A stretch of DNA of 64,000 nt. Source: Octopus sinensis. Lineage: Eukaryota. The translations under genes were made by a program, and so were the position numbers. Position 1 is the stretch's first letter. Each line of letters starts with the position of its first letter. The stretch is taken from the NCBI RefSeq assembly GCF_006345805.1, contig NC_042999.1:103726001-103790000 (forward strand), written 5' to 3'. Positions 39,411 through 52,900 of this stretch are shown one piece after another. The notes under the pieces were generated by a model. That model was not told where the DNA came from, did no database searches, and saw nothing but the letters and a program-made list of their open reading frames with translations.

Positions 39411-40106
39411 AATAATAATAATAATATTAATAACAATAATAATTATACCGCACCTAAAGATACCCCCAATATACATACTAACCATACCAGTGTAGATCCC
39501 GCACAACAGTATAGATCTTGTGATTGTAGAAATAGTAATAATTGTGTCTTTAGTAATAGAAAAGAAATAGTTTACCAATGTGTAGTGAGTATTCAATTGA
39601 GTAATAAAGTATATGTGGGAGCCATCCAAAACCACATGAAACGTAGACTAAATCACCATCTGTATACCTTCAGAAACAGAAATAGAAGGAATTTAACTGG
39701 TTTAAGTAACTATATGTGGAATCTCGAAGATAAAGGTATTAGCTATGACCTACACTGGAAAATCTTAGCTTCGGCCCCTTTGTATAATGTAAAGAATAAG
39801 AAATGCCTGTTGTGTGTAAGTGAGATTCATTTTATATTAAAGGCCGATTTTCCTGTACTTAACAATAAAAAAGAAAGGTTTTTGCCTTCATAAGGCTAAG
39901 CTCACTTTCTCTAAATATCATTAATATTAAATGTTATTGGTGCGAGTGCCTCCTTTGATAATAATACTATTTCCATAATCTAAACATTATATATTGATTG
40001 CCATCCTTTCTTAATATATGTGTTAGACAACTTTCTCTATATACTCCATATATTATATTATACTCTATATATTATACACTTCATAAATATACATACACCT
40101 TACTTG

Positions 40107-40158
<52 letters not shown>

Positions 40159-40199
40159 AATATATATATGTGTGTGTGTATTGTGTGAGTGTGTTTTTG

Positions 40200-40564
40200 T
40201 ATACATAGATATAAATGGTTTTACTAAGTTATTTTCAATTTTCATAGTATATGGTAGTATTAGCCAGACAGTATCGTTTCCTTTTTACGCATGATTAGGA
40301 TTATTGTTCTTTGGTCTATTGCTATTATTAGGGTAATCATTTTTATTATCAATAGTATTGACGTTATACCCATCATTAGTATTAATATTGTTATCACTTT
40401 GGACTCTCTGAAAACGCCTTGGGGCTCAACCATTGTCCAGTCCCTGTTCAACGTTTGTTCATCCCCGTATATCACTGACGTAATGAGGATAACTTAGAAA
40501 ATTTGGCAGCCTCATGGTAGAAATGGCTGTAAGAGTTTCGTATTTGTACACTCATCTATTATTA

Positions 40565-40624
<60 letters not shown>

Positions 40625-40767
40625 GTTTACGTATTTATTGACTTATTTCATTTATTTGGATCACTTATACATATGTTTGTAATCAATTAATAAATATATA
40701 TAATTGAATGTTTACTGGCTGATGTTTGTTGATTGTTTATCCTCTCCATTTTCTTATTTGCCTTATA
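40200..40767 (-). mobile_element. Second, inverted copy of the PLE RT-end/linker segment
   Basis: Reverse complement of 38050-38533 with scattered substitutions; continues WLILPYTMKIENNLVKPFISM. Confidence 0.85.
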
Positions 40768-40942
40768 AACCCTGGGTAAATTTCTAATTTACCCCCACCT
40801 GTACATATTATTCAGTTGCAATATTGCCATGCAATAGTAAGCACTTGGTTATAAATACGTAAGTATTTGATATCCCTTAGATGGTTACCTAACCTCTAAC
40901 TCATGCAGACATATATATATGTATGTGTGTGTGTGTGTATGT

Positions 40943-40991
<49 letters not shown>

Positions 40992-41809
40992 AACACAAAT
41001 ACACTACCGAGTTTCTGACAACTGACGGTCGGTTACTTCTTTAACTTCGGTAATATGTACATAATTTTGTGAGTACATTTATTTCTGAATCCATTTGTAG
41101 TAGCTTTTTTTCCTGGTTACCCATGATGGCGCATATTTGTGCATTCGCTAATAACATATCAGGAAGGGAGCACACACTCCCATAGCTTATGTATAATAAT
41201 ATAATGATGTAAATATTCAAAACGAAAACTAATACCGCATAATACCCCATTAAGGACTCGCTTCTGTGAAGAGCAAGTTAATAGATAACTTACTCTCGCT
41301 GCAGAGAGAATACGGTATCCTTTCATGGAAGATAAAAATAATAAATATATGCGCTTCACAGTTTCAAGAGTGCAGTTGGGAGATCGGCGTGTGGCATTAG
41401 ATTATGTTTTAAATGCTTGCGCTTTAATGTTGCTGAAAGGTTAAAAGAATGTTCCCAACTTTATAACATGTTTCTTTTGAATATATATTTAAAAAAAGGT
41501 GTATCCTGAAAGTTTTGGAAGTGAACAGTTATTAACAACGTAGTGGCAGCCTTCTAAGAATTTACTCAGAGTTATTATAAGGTCATTTCTTATAGCAAAA
41601 TGAATAATTCAATACAGATCTAGAGCCTTGGATGCCGGAAACTTGGGGTTGTACTTTTATATATATGTAATATACAAGTAGGTGTGTGGGCGGGTGTTTA
41701 TGTATATGTATGTATGCATGCATGCATGTATGTATGTATGTATGTATGTATGTATGTATGTATGTATGTATGTATGTATGTATGTATGTATGTATGTATG
41801 TATGTTTGC

Positions 41810-42275
41810 AAGTATATTCTCTTCCATTTTTAATTATCTAAATTCTTCCTCGGTAATTTTTATTGTTTCACTTACAGATTGTATTTGTAACGTACAAGTT
41901 GGTTGGTTGATTGCATTCTTGTTTCTGAAAACCCCTAGTTTATCCAGAAGCTGGAGGTTTCGTAGCAGTTGTTCGTAGTTATTCTCTTTGTCTTTGATTT
42001 TCATGTATGTATGTCTTTTCAAATTTTTAATAATTATTATAAATCTTTCACTGAAAAGGGAGCCGGTTTCCAACAAAGATACAAGGCTCCATCTTAGGGA
42101 TGTAGTTAACACAGACAAATTCTCTTTTGGAACGTGAGAAAAGTTTTGCATCTTTTTTCTGTTCCACTCACAGATTGGACTTCAAATGTACGAATCAGCC
42201 GATCATTTTCTCTTCCTGAAAATTCCAGTTTATCCAGATTCTTCTTCAAGCATTTACTAACAAAACCTAGTCTAC
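41810..42275 (-). mobile_element. Two 3' fragments of a second RLE-type LINE family, (CATA)n-tailed
   Basis: KENNYEQLLRNLQLL...LQIQSVSET and LGFVSKCLKKNLDKLEFS...LIRTFEVQSVSGT resemble the end of ORF 52337..52705; bounded by (GTAT)n arrays. Confidence 0.7.
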
Positions 42276-43299
42276 GTATGTATGTATGTATGTATGTATG
42301 TATGTATGTATGTATGTATGTATGTATGTATGTATGTATGTATGTATGTATGCATGTATGTATGTATGTATGTATGTATGTATGTATGTAGAGGGTTATG
42401 TATGTAGAGGGTTATTAGTAATTTTAAATCATAGCTTCTTATAACTTAAATCCAGTAGATGATGGAATTAATTTGTGATAATCGTCTGAAAGCATGATAT
42501 AACTATTTTATGGTTTTTAATCAAAATCTTATTATTTTATCATAAATTTGTTAGTTTTCATAATATCTATAAATTATCTCAACTCTACTTTATGGGAACA
42601 TCTAAAGACAACAGTTTATTCAAGTAAACGTCATTTGTTAATGCCTCGTGGGCTAAGATAACTAATCTGTTTCAGATTATAAAGGTAAATCAGCTGCAAA
42701 GCGTATTTCTAGAACTTCAGAATCTCATTATAATTTGTTTACATAAAGATATTGTCACGTTGAAAATTAACAATCTCAGGAACATATCTTTTTAAAACTG
42801 AATTGAATTATTTCAACTATCGTTTCTAGACAGTTTTACTATACAAAGAAATAGTTATCCAAACTTATAAGGACTCACAATGATCCGATGCATATACGTA
42901 CGTGTGCATTGATCAACTTTGTGTTGACAACATTGTAAAAAGAACTCGGTACATAAAGTGGCATGTGTATATTTTATTAGAAGCTGAAGTTTCTTAAGTC
43001 GTAACTTTGAAATTTAATATATTTTTTTTTTGTTCAGATGTTTGAAGGAGGACAGCAGTGTGATTAAGCAGAAACATGATTAGATCAGAGAACACTGAGA
43101 TTTGATTTGTTGCCAAAAAACAAAAAATGGAAATAACGATAGAATATGTGTTACATATTTATCTTTTCATTACTATGCACAGAGATATGTTGGCTATTTT
43201 CTTGTTTGCATGTGCAAAAATACTTCATATGTTCGTCTCCTCGGTACTATGCGCACAAAAAAAAATAGAATACCTGTGAGCAGAAGAGCAGCTATTGTT

Positions 43300-43970
43300 G
43301 ATGTAGCTTTGGTGTTAATAAATAAATGTATATAGAACCACCTTTCAGGATGTGGCAAATTCATTATGTGAGAAATAAAACGTTGTCAAGTTACAAGTTG
43401 GAAATTCTTCAGTAAATAATGATGGCAGTGTCTGCAAGAATTTACCACTTCCGATTGTTAAGAATTACAAAGGGTCGCATCTACCAGTGCCATTAGTGTA
43501 AAGGTATGCATTTTCTATAATAGACAAATCGACCTTATTATAATCATCATCTATGTTTCAGATATATTTGTGAGAGCCATTTTATAATTTATTTTCAGTG
43601 AACTTGAACTCATTTCACTGTAGTTTGCAAGGGAAAGCGTAACTAGATTAAATAATATTTTAGGAATATAGATATCAAGGAATAAACAGATACGGCTATT
43701 GCAATAACTTTGAGAAAGAAGGTATTGTGTCTTCGTATAAAAAAATTTGATCGGTTTATGCTGCTTATAGTGAAGTATTTTGTATAACTGCAATTCACCT
43801 GGAATCTATTTCTATTAAAAATCTTATGGTATCGTTGAACTATGAGAGAATGCTTATTTATAAGGTTCACGAAACACCTGGCACCTTCATAACGAGCATT
43901 TAAACTACAGGGAGAATTGTACCATATTTTATTTGCAATGTTTGCCTTTATAAACATTAGCATTTTCTAA
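43300..43970 (-). mobile_element. Decayed Penelope-like element linker/GIY-YIG fragment
   Basis: ORF 43643..43963: KIWYNSPCSLN...RCFVNLINKH...YHKIFNRNR, followed by degenerate YCNSR and AYLYTNGTGRC segments. Confidence 0.75.
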
Positions 43971-44039
43971 GGTTTTTCTACATCAATGACTCCAGAAGCT
44001 ACAGTCTCTCTTCTCTATAGCGTCTCTTCTCATTTTTTT

Positions 44040-44276
<237 letters not shown>

Positions 44277-44810
44277 AGTTATAACGTTCATTTTCAGCAT
44301 TTTGCACTTTTTAATAAAACTTTAGAATTGATGAATTCTTGCAAATACCTCCACAATTCTTTGTTGAGAAAACTCCAGCCATCAACTGGATAACATATTT
44401 CATTCTCTTGATAATGTTTGTGCTATATCTTGAAAGGAAGTTTCATATCCAACCATGAAATAATACTGAAAGAAACTTCCTCAACAACAGTGTTTCCTTA
44501 TATTCATGTGTATTTTACCCTTGATACTAAAAAGACGAAAGCATCTCGTTTTTCCGCACATGAACAGATGAAAATACTACGTGTTCTGCACATAGTAAGG
44601 ATTGCGTCACATTTTATTTCGCTTTTAGTAACCGATCAAATCTTGCTGCACAATGGGTTAACTACATTTCAATGTTCTTACGAATACTTTTTGCTTATAT
44701 TGTGCTGCAGCCCAACTAGAAAACTTCTTTCCTATGAACATTCAGAAACCTCAAAGCAATGATCAAAGTGGTTTCAGATTATTATAACAGCAACAATAAC
44801 AAAAATAACG

Positions 44811-44861
<51 letters not shown>

Positions 44862-44987
44862 TAATAATAATAATAATAATACAATTTCATACTTATGTTA
44901 AAAAATATATGTATACAAATACATAAACATATATCTTTGCAGACATACATACCACACACACGCATAGAAACATACATACATAAATAC

Positions 44988-45103
<116 letters not shown>

Positions 45104-45149
45104 TACATCTAAATATGTTTGTGTATAGAGTTTCGTTCTAGGATCACCA

Positions 45150-46865
45150 TTATCATTGTTCTTATTATTCAGTAGTCTTATTTTTATCACCTACTTTTTA
45201 CTGAACTACAGAGCACAGCTCTGTGTGCCTAGGAGACGTGCTGTATTTTGTTGTGATGCTCTTATAGTTAATGTATTGAAAGTGTTTTACCTAGGCTGTG
45301 CGCGGTGCCTAGTAGTGCTATTTTCTGTGTGTTATATATATTTGTTAGGCCTGGTGTTTTTGTTATATATTTGTTTGAATATTTTTATCATACCTAATGC
45401 ACCCACTATGATAGGAATTGCTTCTGTTTTTAGACTCCACATTCGAGTTACATTCGTTGTCATATGTTGGTATTGATACATCAATTAGAAATTATTCTTT
45501 TCTTCATTATCTCTAATAACTATATCTGGCCTAATGGCCTCAATGTCTCTATCTCTGTGTATTGGCATATCCCTTAGTATTGTTGCTTTCTCATTTTCTA
45601 TGACCTTTCCTGGCGTGTGCTTATACCATCTTTTTCTGTTATTCCAAAGTGTTGGCATAGCTTCCAGTGTATGTAGGTCCCAACTCTGTCATGTCTGTAA
45701 ATATATTCCTTCTTAGTCAGGACCGGGCAGCCTGAGACAATATGATTTATTGTTTCTTGTCCATCTCCACATATTCTGCAGTTACTTGTTATGTTTCTTT
45801 TCATTATATGTTTTTGGTAATTTCTGGTGGGGAGGCTTTGGTCTTGTGCTGCAATTAAAATCCTTCAGCCTCTGATTTGACTCCTGAGCTTCTCAGCCAT
45901 TCTTGGGATTTGTCTATTTCTTTTGCGTTTAGTTTAACCCAGTATTTGCCATGAAGGGGGCTTTTCTTGCCACCGTTTTGTCATGATCCGTTGCTGTTCT
46001 AGTTTTAGTTTGGATTTCATTTGTTTTACATTTTTTGCCTGTTTTTTTCTTTTTCTTCATAGTTGTTAGGTAGTATGACATCCTGTTTGTATTTGTCGGT
46101 TTCCTTAAAGACTGAAAACAGTTTTTTTTTTGTTTTGTCCATGTTTTGTGACTATTTGTATTAGTTTTCCTTGTTTCTGAAGCAGGTATTTTTGTAGTCC
46201 TATGGTGGTTATTTTGTAATAGCTTTCTAGCTGTATAAGGCCTCTACCGCCTTCTATACGTAGTATATATAACCTTTCTACATTAGATTTTGGGTGGTGC
46301 ATCCTAAATTCTGTCATTATTCTTCTTGTTTTCCAGTCTATTTTGATTAGTTCATCTAGAATCCAGTTAAGGATATTGTAGCTGTAATTTATAACTGGGA
46401 CGGCTAAAGTGTTGATACCTATTATCTTGTTTTTCGCATTGAGCTCTGTTTTCAGTATTAATCTAACTCGTCTATAGTATTCTTTTTTTTATTTTCGCTT
46501 TCATTTGTGTATGATGTATCGTATCTAGTTCATTGATTCCTAAATATATGTATGGCTGGCTTTGGTCTAATTCTCTTATTTCATTTGCTTTACCTAGTGT
46601 GATGTTGCTACTCTTAACTAGTTTTCCTCTTTTCAAGGTTGCTTTGGCACATTTTTCTAAGCCAAATTTCATTTCTATTTCTTTGGTAAATCCATGTACT
46701 GTCTGTAGTAATGTTTCCAGCTGTTTATTATTTGTAGCGTACAGTTTTAGGTCATCGATATATAAGAAGTGGCTGATTGTTTTGCCCCCAACAGTTGTAT
46801 CCGCATCCAGTTTTGTTTAGCATGTCAGATAAAGGTCTCAGTGCCAAGCAGAAAAGGAGTGGAGA
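45150..46865 (-). mobile_element. R4/Dong-type LINE, 5'-truncated and frameshifted
   Basis: FGLEKC, YIYLG, MHHPKSNVERLY..RIEGGRGL, CRICGDGQETINHIVSGCP, RHDRVG; homologous to 57475-59746; (TAA)n at both ends. Confidence 0.9.
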
Positions 46866-46899
46866 GAGCTATTATTATTATTGTTATTATTATTATTAT

Positions 46900-47215
46900 A
46901 GTTTACTCCCCGTAGCTCTTGGTCTTACTTGCTCTGCTTAATTCTGTGGGAGCAGACAGCATCCTGTTGTCAAAGGTCTCACAAGGTCTCTCTCCACAAA
47001 TTATGTCTTGCTACTTAGGTGTTAAGTATTGTAGAAAATACTCAACACCCAAGCATCATCTTCAAAATCCTAGCTGTCCCCAATACAGTAGTTTTAGGGG
47101 CATACTCTGCCCTCATGTCAACTCCAATTTCTCCGTCATATATTTCTTGAACCTGGTTGTTAGCGCTCCGAGTGCCTCTACAACTATTGGGATGACAGTT
47201 ACTCTCTTTGTTATA
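46900..47215 (-). mobile_element. R4-type LINE 3' fragment (different subfamily)
   Basis: VTVIPIVVEALGALTTRFKKY...LGTARIL; (ATT)n on both sides. Confidence 0.75.
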
Positions 47216-47228
47216 GTTGTTGTTGTTG

Positions 47229-47276
<48 letters not shown>

Positions 47277-47289
47277 TATTATTATTATT

Positions 47290-47497
47290 AAGGCTAGAAG
47301 CTGGCAGAATCGTTACCGTACTGGGTAAAATGCTTGACGGCATTTCGTTCGTCTTTACGTTCTGAGTACAAATGCCACCGCGGCTAACTTTGCTATTTAT
47401 CCTTTCGGGGTCGATAAAATAAGTACTATTTAAACACTGGAGTCGATGTAATCGACTTACCCCCTCCCCCAAAATTGCTGGCCTTGCGTCAAAAATG

Positions 47498-47500
<3 letters not shown>
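47290..47500 (+). mobile_element. SINE family A
   Basis: Head and core motifs; (ATT)n on both sides. Confidence 0.85.
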
Positions 47501-47552
<52 letters not shown>

Positions 47553-47959
47553 CAACGTCGTCATCATTATTATCATCATCATTATGGTAATGATGATAAT
47601 ATCACATGAAAAAGATGGATTAAGAATTAAATAAATATTTAATTCATTTCAAAACATGATGAGTACACGCTGACTTTTCTGCGATTTTTTCTTGAATTAA
47701 AGGTCTTACAAGAAAAATTATAATTAGTAAAGAAATGTTATCTTTTTATTCCTTTTAATGTTCATGTGCATCTTCTTTTTTTCATTTTTCCCAGCGTCTT
47801 TGTATTCCTCATTAGTCTTTTCGATTTTCTTTACTTCCGATGCTTTTTACAAGCATCTGGTAAGATTATAACACTGTTCGTTTCAGATGTTTGTATCAAG
47901 CATGAAAAATAAGCGTATGAACGCCCATCGGTGCACGCGCGCGTGTGTATTTCAATTTT

Positions 47960-48612
47960 AGCACAGAGTCATCAATTCTGAGAGGGTGAGAAGTCGATTT
48001 CATCTACCACAGTGCCCAGCTGGTAATTATTTTATCGACCCTGAAAGGAGGAAAGGTGAAGTCGATTTCAATGATAATTGAACTCAATACGTAAGGAGCC
48101 GGATGAAATGTCGCTAAGTATCTTATCTGGTGCAGTATCAATTTTGTCAGCTTGCCGCCTTCATAATAATAATAATAATAGTTTCAATTTTTGGCTCAAG
48201 GCCAGCAATTCCGGGGAACGAATAAACCGATTACATTGACCCGAGTATTCGACTGATACTCATTTTATCGACCCCAAAAGGGATAAAAGTCAAAGTCGAC
48301 CACGGTGGAAATTGGACCCAGAACGTAAAGACGGACGAAATGCCACTAAGCATTTTTCCCGGCGTGCTAACGATTCTGCCAGCTCACCACTTTAATAATA
48401 ATAATCCTTTCTATTATAGGCACAATGCCTGAAATTTGATGGGAGGGGACTAGTCGATTACATCGACCCCAGTGTTTCATTGGTGCTTCATTTATCGACC
48501 CCGATACGATAAAAGGGAAAGTCGACCTCAGCGGAATTTGACCTCAGAACGTAAGTAAAGACGGACGAAATATCGCCCGGCGTGCTAACGACTCTGCCAA
48601 CTCGCCACCTTA
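47960..48612 (-). mobile_element. Head-to-tail cluster of three SINE family A copies
   Basis: Reverse-strand cores at ~48030, ~48270 and ~48495, separated by (TAA)n. Confidence 0.85.
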
Positions 48613-48622
48613 ATAATAATAA

Positions 48623-48653
<31 letters not shown>

Positions 48654-48678
48654 AAGAAGAATGATGATGATGATGATG

Positions 48679-48759
<81 letters not shown>

Positions 48760-48794
48760 TGATGATGATGATGATGATAATAATAATAATAATG

Positions 48795-48858
<64 letters not shown>

Positions 48859-48865
48859 AAAACTG

Positions 48866-49330
48866 ACAGCAGGTGGTATAAGCATGAATCAAGCAAAGTA
48901 CAAGACAACAATCAGGCCGCAATCGTCTGGGATATACCGTTCAAACCGACAAAAAATAAAAGCTAATAACCCAGACATAATAGTCAAGGATTGGGGAAAA
49001 CACCTGCTTACTGATAGACATTGCAGTCCATTCTGATCAAGATATTTTCAAAAAAGAAGTAGAGAAATTGTCGAAGTACAAAGACCTCGAAATTGAAGTA
49101 TTCAAAATGTGGAGCGTGAAGGTAAAAACAATACCAGTAAAAATTGGATCATTGGACATGATAAAAAAATCACATGACCTAAAATCTAGAAACCATACCT
49201 GGATCCTCAAAACTACACACTGTCCAGAAAATAGCTCTGCTAGGAACAGCTCATATCCTACGCAAGACACTATCAATCCAATAATACAACCTAAGCAAAA
49301 CAACCGATAAATAGAAGACTCACTTTATAC
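48866..49330 (+). mobile_element. R4/Dong-type LINE 3' fragment
   Basis: WYKHE...IVWDI...ANNPDIIV...LLIDIAV...EKLSKYKDLEIEV; preceded by a ~250-bp (TAA)/(TGA)/(GAA) array. Confidence 0.85.
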
Positions 49331-49588
49331 AGCATTTACCCAGTGAAATAAACTTCCAGCAGCAAGCTAATAAATCAAAGCTTTAGACACTCAACACACA
49401 ATACCAGCAGTAACACAACAAAAGACACCACCACACCCCATGTAATAAAAAATCTGACACAATATACTACCGCACACTCCCAATAGCAGAAAAGAACACA
49501 CAATGCTGCACACACCCCACCAACATGGGGGCGCAGCAGATGATGCAGTAGAAATTTGCCTCAATCTACCAAATATTGAACAGTTATT

Positions 49589-49729
49589 GAAGAAGAAGAA
49601 GAAGAAGAAGAAGAAGAAGAAGAAGAAGAAGAAGAAGAAGAAGAAGAAGAAGAAGAAGAAGAAGAAGAAGAAGAAGAAGAAGAAGAAGAAGAAGAAGAAG
49701 AAGAAGAAGAAGAAGAAGAAGAAGAAGAA
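49589..49729. repeat. (GAA)47 pure microsatellite
   Basis: 141-bp uninterrupted array. Confidence 0.97.
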
Positions 49730-50243
49730 TATGCCCCGATGCAGTACCAGGCAGTGGCTCTCATGGCTTATCTGATTGGAAGTGTTATCGTGTACATATT
49801 TTGTTTTGGTTTAAAAGATGGGTTACAACAAATATCCTGCTCAATATCACAGATTTGCTTGTCAGTTGTTTGACCTTAACTAGTTAAGTATGTCTCCTAG
49901 TGGCTGACGATTTGTGCATCTCACATCATGAGCAAGAGTAGTGAGGGAGCATCATAGCCGTGTGATTAGAGGAATTCTTTTGGATTTGAATAATCCACCT
50001 CTGGAAACATAGGTGTTTCTTAAAACAAATCTTATTCCGAGACCTTTTGAGTGGGAAAAGCTACTCGACCTGAAGAAAATTCTAACTGGGCTCCACCTGC
50101 AAGTTTATGCGCTGTTATCTTGATATGAGATCACCCTGTGTATGATGTACCCTTATCAAATGGGTAGTCATGATGAGTATATTGGGCTTCGTATATTTGT
50201 ACGTATATTTGTCATTTTCATGTCGTGCGCTGCTATCTCACTC
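49730..50243. repeat. Unclassified interspersed repeat between (GAA)n and (TAA)n
   Basis: Non-coding ~510-bp block resembling, from memory, a common octopus repeat; class not determined. Confidence 0.45.
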
Positions 50244-50349
50244 AATAATAATAATAATAACAATTTCAAATTTTGGCACAATGCCATCAATTTCGGCGAA
50301 AGGGGTAAGTCGATTACATCAATCCCAGCTTGCTGAGTTAATAATAATA

Positions 50350-51380
50350 ATACTCAAAAAGTGACACAGATAGACTATATGCACCAAGAAAAAGAGGAGG
50401 GAATAGGACTTATTGGATGCGAACACAGCATTAGAGCAAAAGAAAACAACATAGCATGGTATGTAAAAATATGCCACAGAATCGCTATTATTAGAAGTAA
50501 GAAGGTAAGCCTTGTGTAGGATGGAAGATTGCAAAGATAAAGAACTGTACAAGCAATTGACAACGAATGAAACTGAAAATAGATGGGTAAAGAAAAGAAT
50601 GCATGAGCAATTTCATAGGGATGTTAAAGATAAGACAGACAGAGAAAAAATATGGCTGTGGATGACTATAAGTAATTTAAAACCGGAAACGGATGCTCCA
50701 ATCTGTGCTGCCCAAGAGCAAGCACTAAGAACAAACTATATAAAATACAGATTAGACAATACATCAGAAAGTGATAAGTGCAGAATGGCGAAACCGTATG
50801 GCATATTACCAGCCAATGTATGCCACTAGGCCAGAAGGAATATAAGATACGCCATGACAATATAGCAAGGCTTGCAAGAAGTATGGTCTTGACAGAGAAA
50901 AAATTGGTACGACCACAAACCCGAAGGCATCATCGAAAATGATAATGCAAAGATCCTGTGGGATTTTATGATTCAGTGCGACCGTGAGATAGTAAATAGG
51001 AAGCCAGACATAGTCTTAATTGGGAAAGAAAGTAAACTATGCTGGATCATAGATATAGCATGCCCAGCTGACAACAAGGTATGCGATAAGGAAGAAAGAA
51101 AAGTTGATAGGTATGACAGATTAGCTTAGGAGGTAAAGTAGTTGTGGTCGATGAAAAAGATTGTAGTGGTACCAATAATTGTCGGAGCCCTGGGAACAGT
51201 GAATAAAAATCTCAAGAAGTACGTGGAACAAATAGGGGCTGCAATAAGGGTGGAGCACTTGCAGAAAATTGCACTGCTTGGAACCGCTCGAATACTCCGG
51301 AAGGTGCTCGAAAGATAAGAGGTGGTGAATAGCTGACACCGTAGTACATCTCCAGCGTTATAAGCTGTGCAAAAGCAATG
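50350..51380 (+). mobile_element. R4/Dong-type LINE 3' portion
   Basis: SDTDRLYAPRKRGG, AAQEQALRTN, CRM, RHDN, ILWDF...NRKPDIV...IIDIACPAD, PIIVGALG, LLGTARILRKVL*; (TAA)n on both flanks. Confidence 0.9.
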
Positions 51381-51459
<79 letters not shown>

Positions 51460-52229
51460 GTCCTCTTAAATGCTTAGCATGACAGATTGTCGCAACGACT
51501 CCAAATAAATCAGACTAGTGACTCTACCGTCAAAAATTAATGGTCTGATTAATCCTTCTGATGATAAACCACACCGTATTGAATTATCGTGATGTTCGTC
51601 AGTAATATGCGGGTTCTCGGATTTCCAGTAGGTGTATCCTCATTTCTCATGCACCACTCGCAAAACTTTGGTCCAGGTCAGCTTCATTGACAGTATGCAC
51701 AATTCTTGGAATGTAACTTTTCCAATGACTACGTTTCAAAATGCGATACATGCTTGATTTTAGGATTCTTATGTTGCGACCCGTTTGCCGAAGAGATTTT
51801 TTTTTAACTCGGGTAATACGTTTCTAATACTCTTTCTTATTAATGATACTAATCAATGTTTGCGGTTTTACGAAACGTGGATATTCTGAACAGTTCTATC
51901 TAATTCAAACTTATCTGTAATACGAGTGATGATAAGCCGCCTACATGGTTCGGCTCGAAACTCTCTCCTGATCAATAATTGCACTTTGAGTACGTTTTAA
52001 AACTTCCAGTAGTACTTTGGGATAAATTTCTTTTGTCCAATGCTTAGTTAGATTCCCTTCATTATTTCTAATGGGTTAAATCTTAAAGAGAATGAATATT
52101 GAGTCTAATAATCAGCTATTAAAGCGTCAATGATATTTAGGGACACCCTATATATAAACACACACGCGCGCACGCACACACGCACACATAAACATACACA
52201 TATATACATGCATGCATGTATGTATGTAC

Positions 52230-52900
52230 GCATGTATAACCCCGAGGACAAAGAAATAAGAATCCACAGTATGGTAGAAGCCATAGTCACTCATAAAACA
52301 AAGGGATACTGGTGGAATGTCCTAGTGAAAACCTGAATGAACTGTAAGTACAACAGACCTGATATAATGATCTGGGATAGAGAAGAGAAACTGTGCACAG
52401 TTGTCGAAATTAGCTGCCCAGCGGATGTTAACATAAAGCTGAAGATCAGTGTAAAAGAGAATACCTACGCTGAACTATTGAGAAATCTGCAGTTACTCTA
52501 TCTAGATTACAATTTCAGGTTTGTACCTGTAACTATTGAGGCCCTGGAATATGTAGCACACTGCCTAAATACTAATCTTGAAACATCAGGCTTCTCAAAA
52601 CCAGAAAGGAGAAAGCTAATTCGAAGACTACAGATCCAATCTATCACTGAAACTGCAAAAATCTGTAAAAATTTCCAGATGTTTATCATTTACGTATACA
52701 TATGAGCATGTCTAGATATGCAACTATATGCATGAGAATACATACATAAAGCAAAACATACAAATCTACACATATACATACATACAAAATACACTGATGT
52801 TGATGTTGAAATCCTAATGAAGGAGCCTTGGATCTAGGTTAGAAACTGATTCTTTCTCTATTGGCAAGAAATCTTGAAATAAAACTGAATAATGACATAC
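52230..52900 (+). mobile_element. RLE-type LINE 3' end (second family)
   Basis: ORF 52337..52705: NRPDIMIWD...VVEISCP, a PD-(D/E)xK-type endonuclease; 3' UTR followed by CATA-rich sequence. Confidence 0.8.

Larger units (their letters stand above)
38050..39900 (+). mobile_element. Decayed Penelope-like element (RT end, linker, GIY-YIG) interrupted by later insertions
   Basis: Degenerate thumb-like frame from 38267 to IWLILPY (38516; cf. IWFNPPY), NLAAIIS (~39020), then ORF 39396..39893 CDCRNSNNC...IVYQC...VYVG...KRRLNHH...TGLSNYMWNL...W.IL...CLLCVSE...VLN, a PLE GIY-YIG. Confidence 0.8.

Noticed and set aside
38050-39900. An RT-less, endonuclease-only Penelope element with its own intron and ATG at 38267
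   Set aside because: The upstream sequence resembles a decayed RT domain 7/thumb, and the candidate GTAAGT donor is not conserved in the second copy.
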